Of a stretch of 34,233 nt of DNA, positions 34,041-34,233 are shown piece after piece. The notes beneath the pieces were generated by a model that was given only the letters and a program-made list of their open reading frames with translations, had not been told where the DNA came from and made no database searches. Both the position numbers and the translations under genes were made by a program. This DNA is from Candidatus Methanophagales archaeon (GTDB lineage Archaea; Halobacteriota; Syntropharchaeia; Alkanophagales; Methanospirareceae). Numbering within the stretch: the stretch's first letter is position 1; each line of letters begins with the position of its first letter. The stretch is taken from contig JACGMN010000007.1 of NCBI GenBank assembly GCA_014061035.1, positions 1 to 34,233 on the forward strand, in the 5' to 3' direction.

Positions 34041-34203
34041 TATTTGTATAGGTACGATGAAGATACAGGATACAAGATACAAGAGAAAATTGATAGTTTT
34101 TCATACGAAAAATCCGCGATTTTATTAAAGCGGGGGAATCGGGCATAAATTATAGCCCTGCATCCGGCATCTTGCATCCTGCATCCCAACCGCGATACAA
34201 ATA
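34041..34203 (+). repeat. Family-2 palindromic heptad element, full copy
   Basis: The left end is TATTTGTATAGGTACGATGAAGATACAGGATACAAGATACAAG. The reverse complement of the right end is TATTTGTATCGCGGTTGGGATGCAGGATGCAAGATGCCGGATGCAG. The centre is AT-rich. Confidence 0.8.
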
Positions 34204-34233
34204 CTTCACCTTTTTTCGTCCTCTTAGCGCTCT

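Noticed and set aside
1-34233. The window being part of a Borg-like extrachromosomal element because of the tandem repeats
   Set aside because: The window carries a full ribosomal protein operon, tRNAs, translation factors and central biosynthetic genes in conserved archaeal order, which fits a chromosome. Only the repeat style is similar.

Overview
Archaeal chromosomal core region, read by eye with no searches run. Archaeal markers are r-proteins L10e, L15e and L37e, aIF2-beta, SUI1, RNase P Rnp1 and an Sm protein. Methanogen or methanotroph markers are a partial MCR component A2-like ABC ATPase, methanogenesis marker 6 and a Fae-Hps fusion, so the source is probably a Methanosarcinales-like or ANME-like organism. 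The window holds about 44 protein genes, mostly housekeeping. These include the L3-L4-L23-L2-S19-L22-S3-L29-SUI1-Rnp1-S17 ribosomal operon, purF, argG, argD, eno, serA, thi4, nadX, cobS and sppA. It also holds two tRNAs, Ile-GAU and Ser-UGA. No CRISPR array, transposase, integrase or recognisable defence island is visible. The only accessory-looking module is a small PIN-like/UPF0175 pair at the 3' end. The unusual part is the repeat landscape. (1) A family of palindromic, MITE/REP-like elements is built from GGTTCA[A/C/G] heptads around a conserved non-palindromic core. Copies sit at gene 3' ends and twice supply the C-terminal residues and stop codon of a gene. (2) A second element family has the same architecture but different heptads (GATACAG/GATGCAG). 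(3) Short tandem duplications of 10-16 bp lie in many promoter or leader regions. (4) In-frame hexanucleotide microsatellites sit inside otherwise conserved enzymes and ribosomal protein uL2, encoding SR, GS, DW/DC, DT, EL, SK and poly-S runs. In-frame and intergenic tandem repeats together are reminiscent of what has been reported for Borg elements of Methanoperedens, but here they lie in core chromosomal genes. Functional readings of the repeats are hypotheses.
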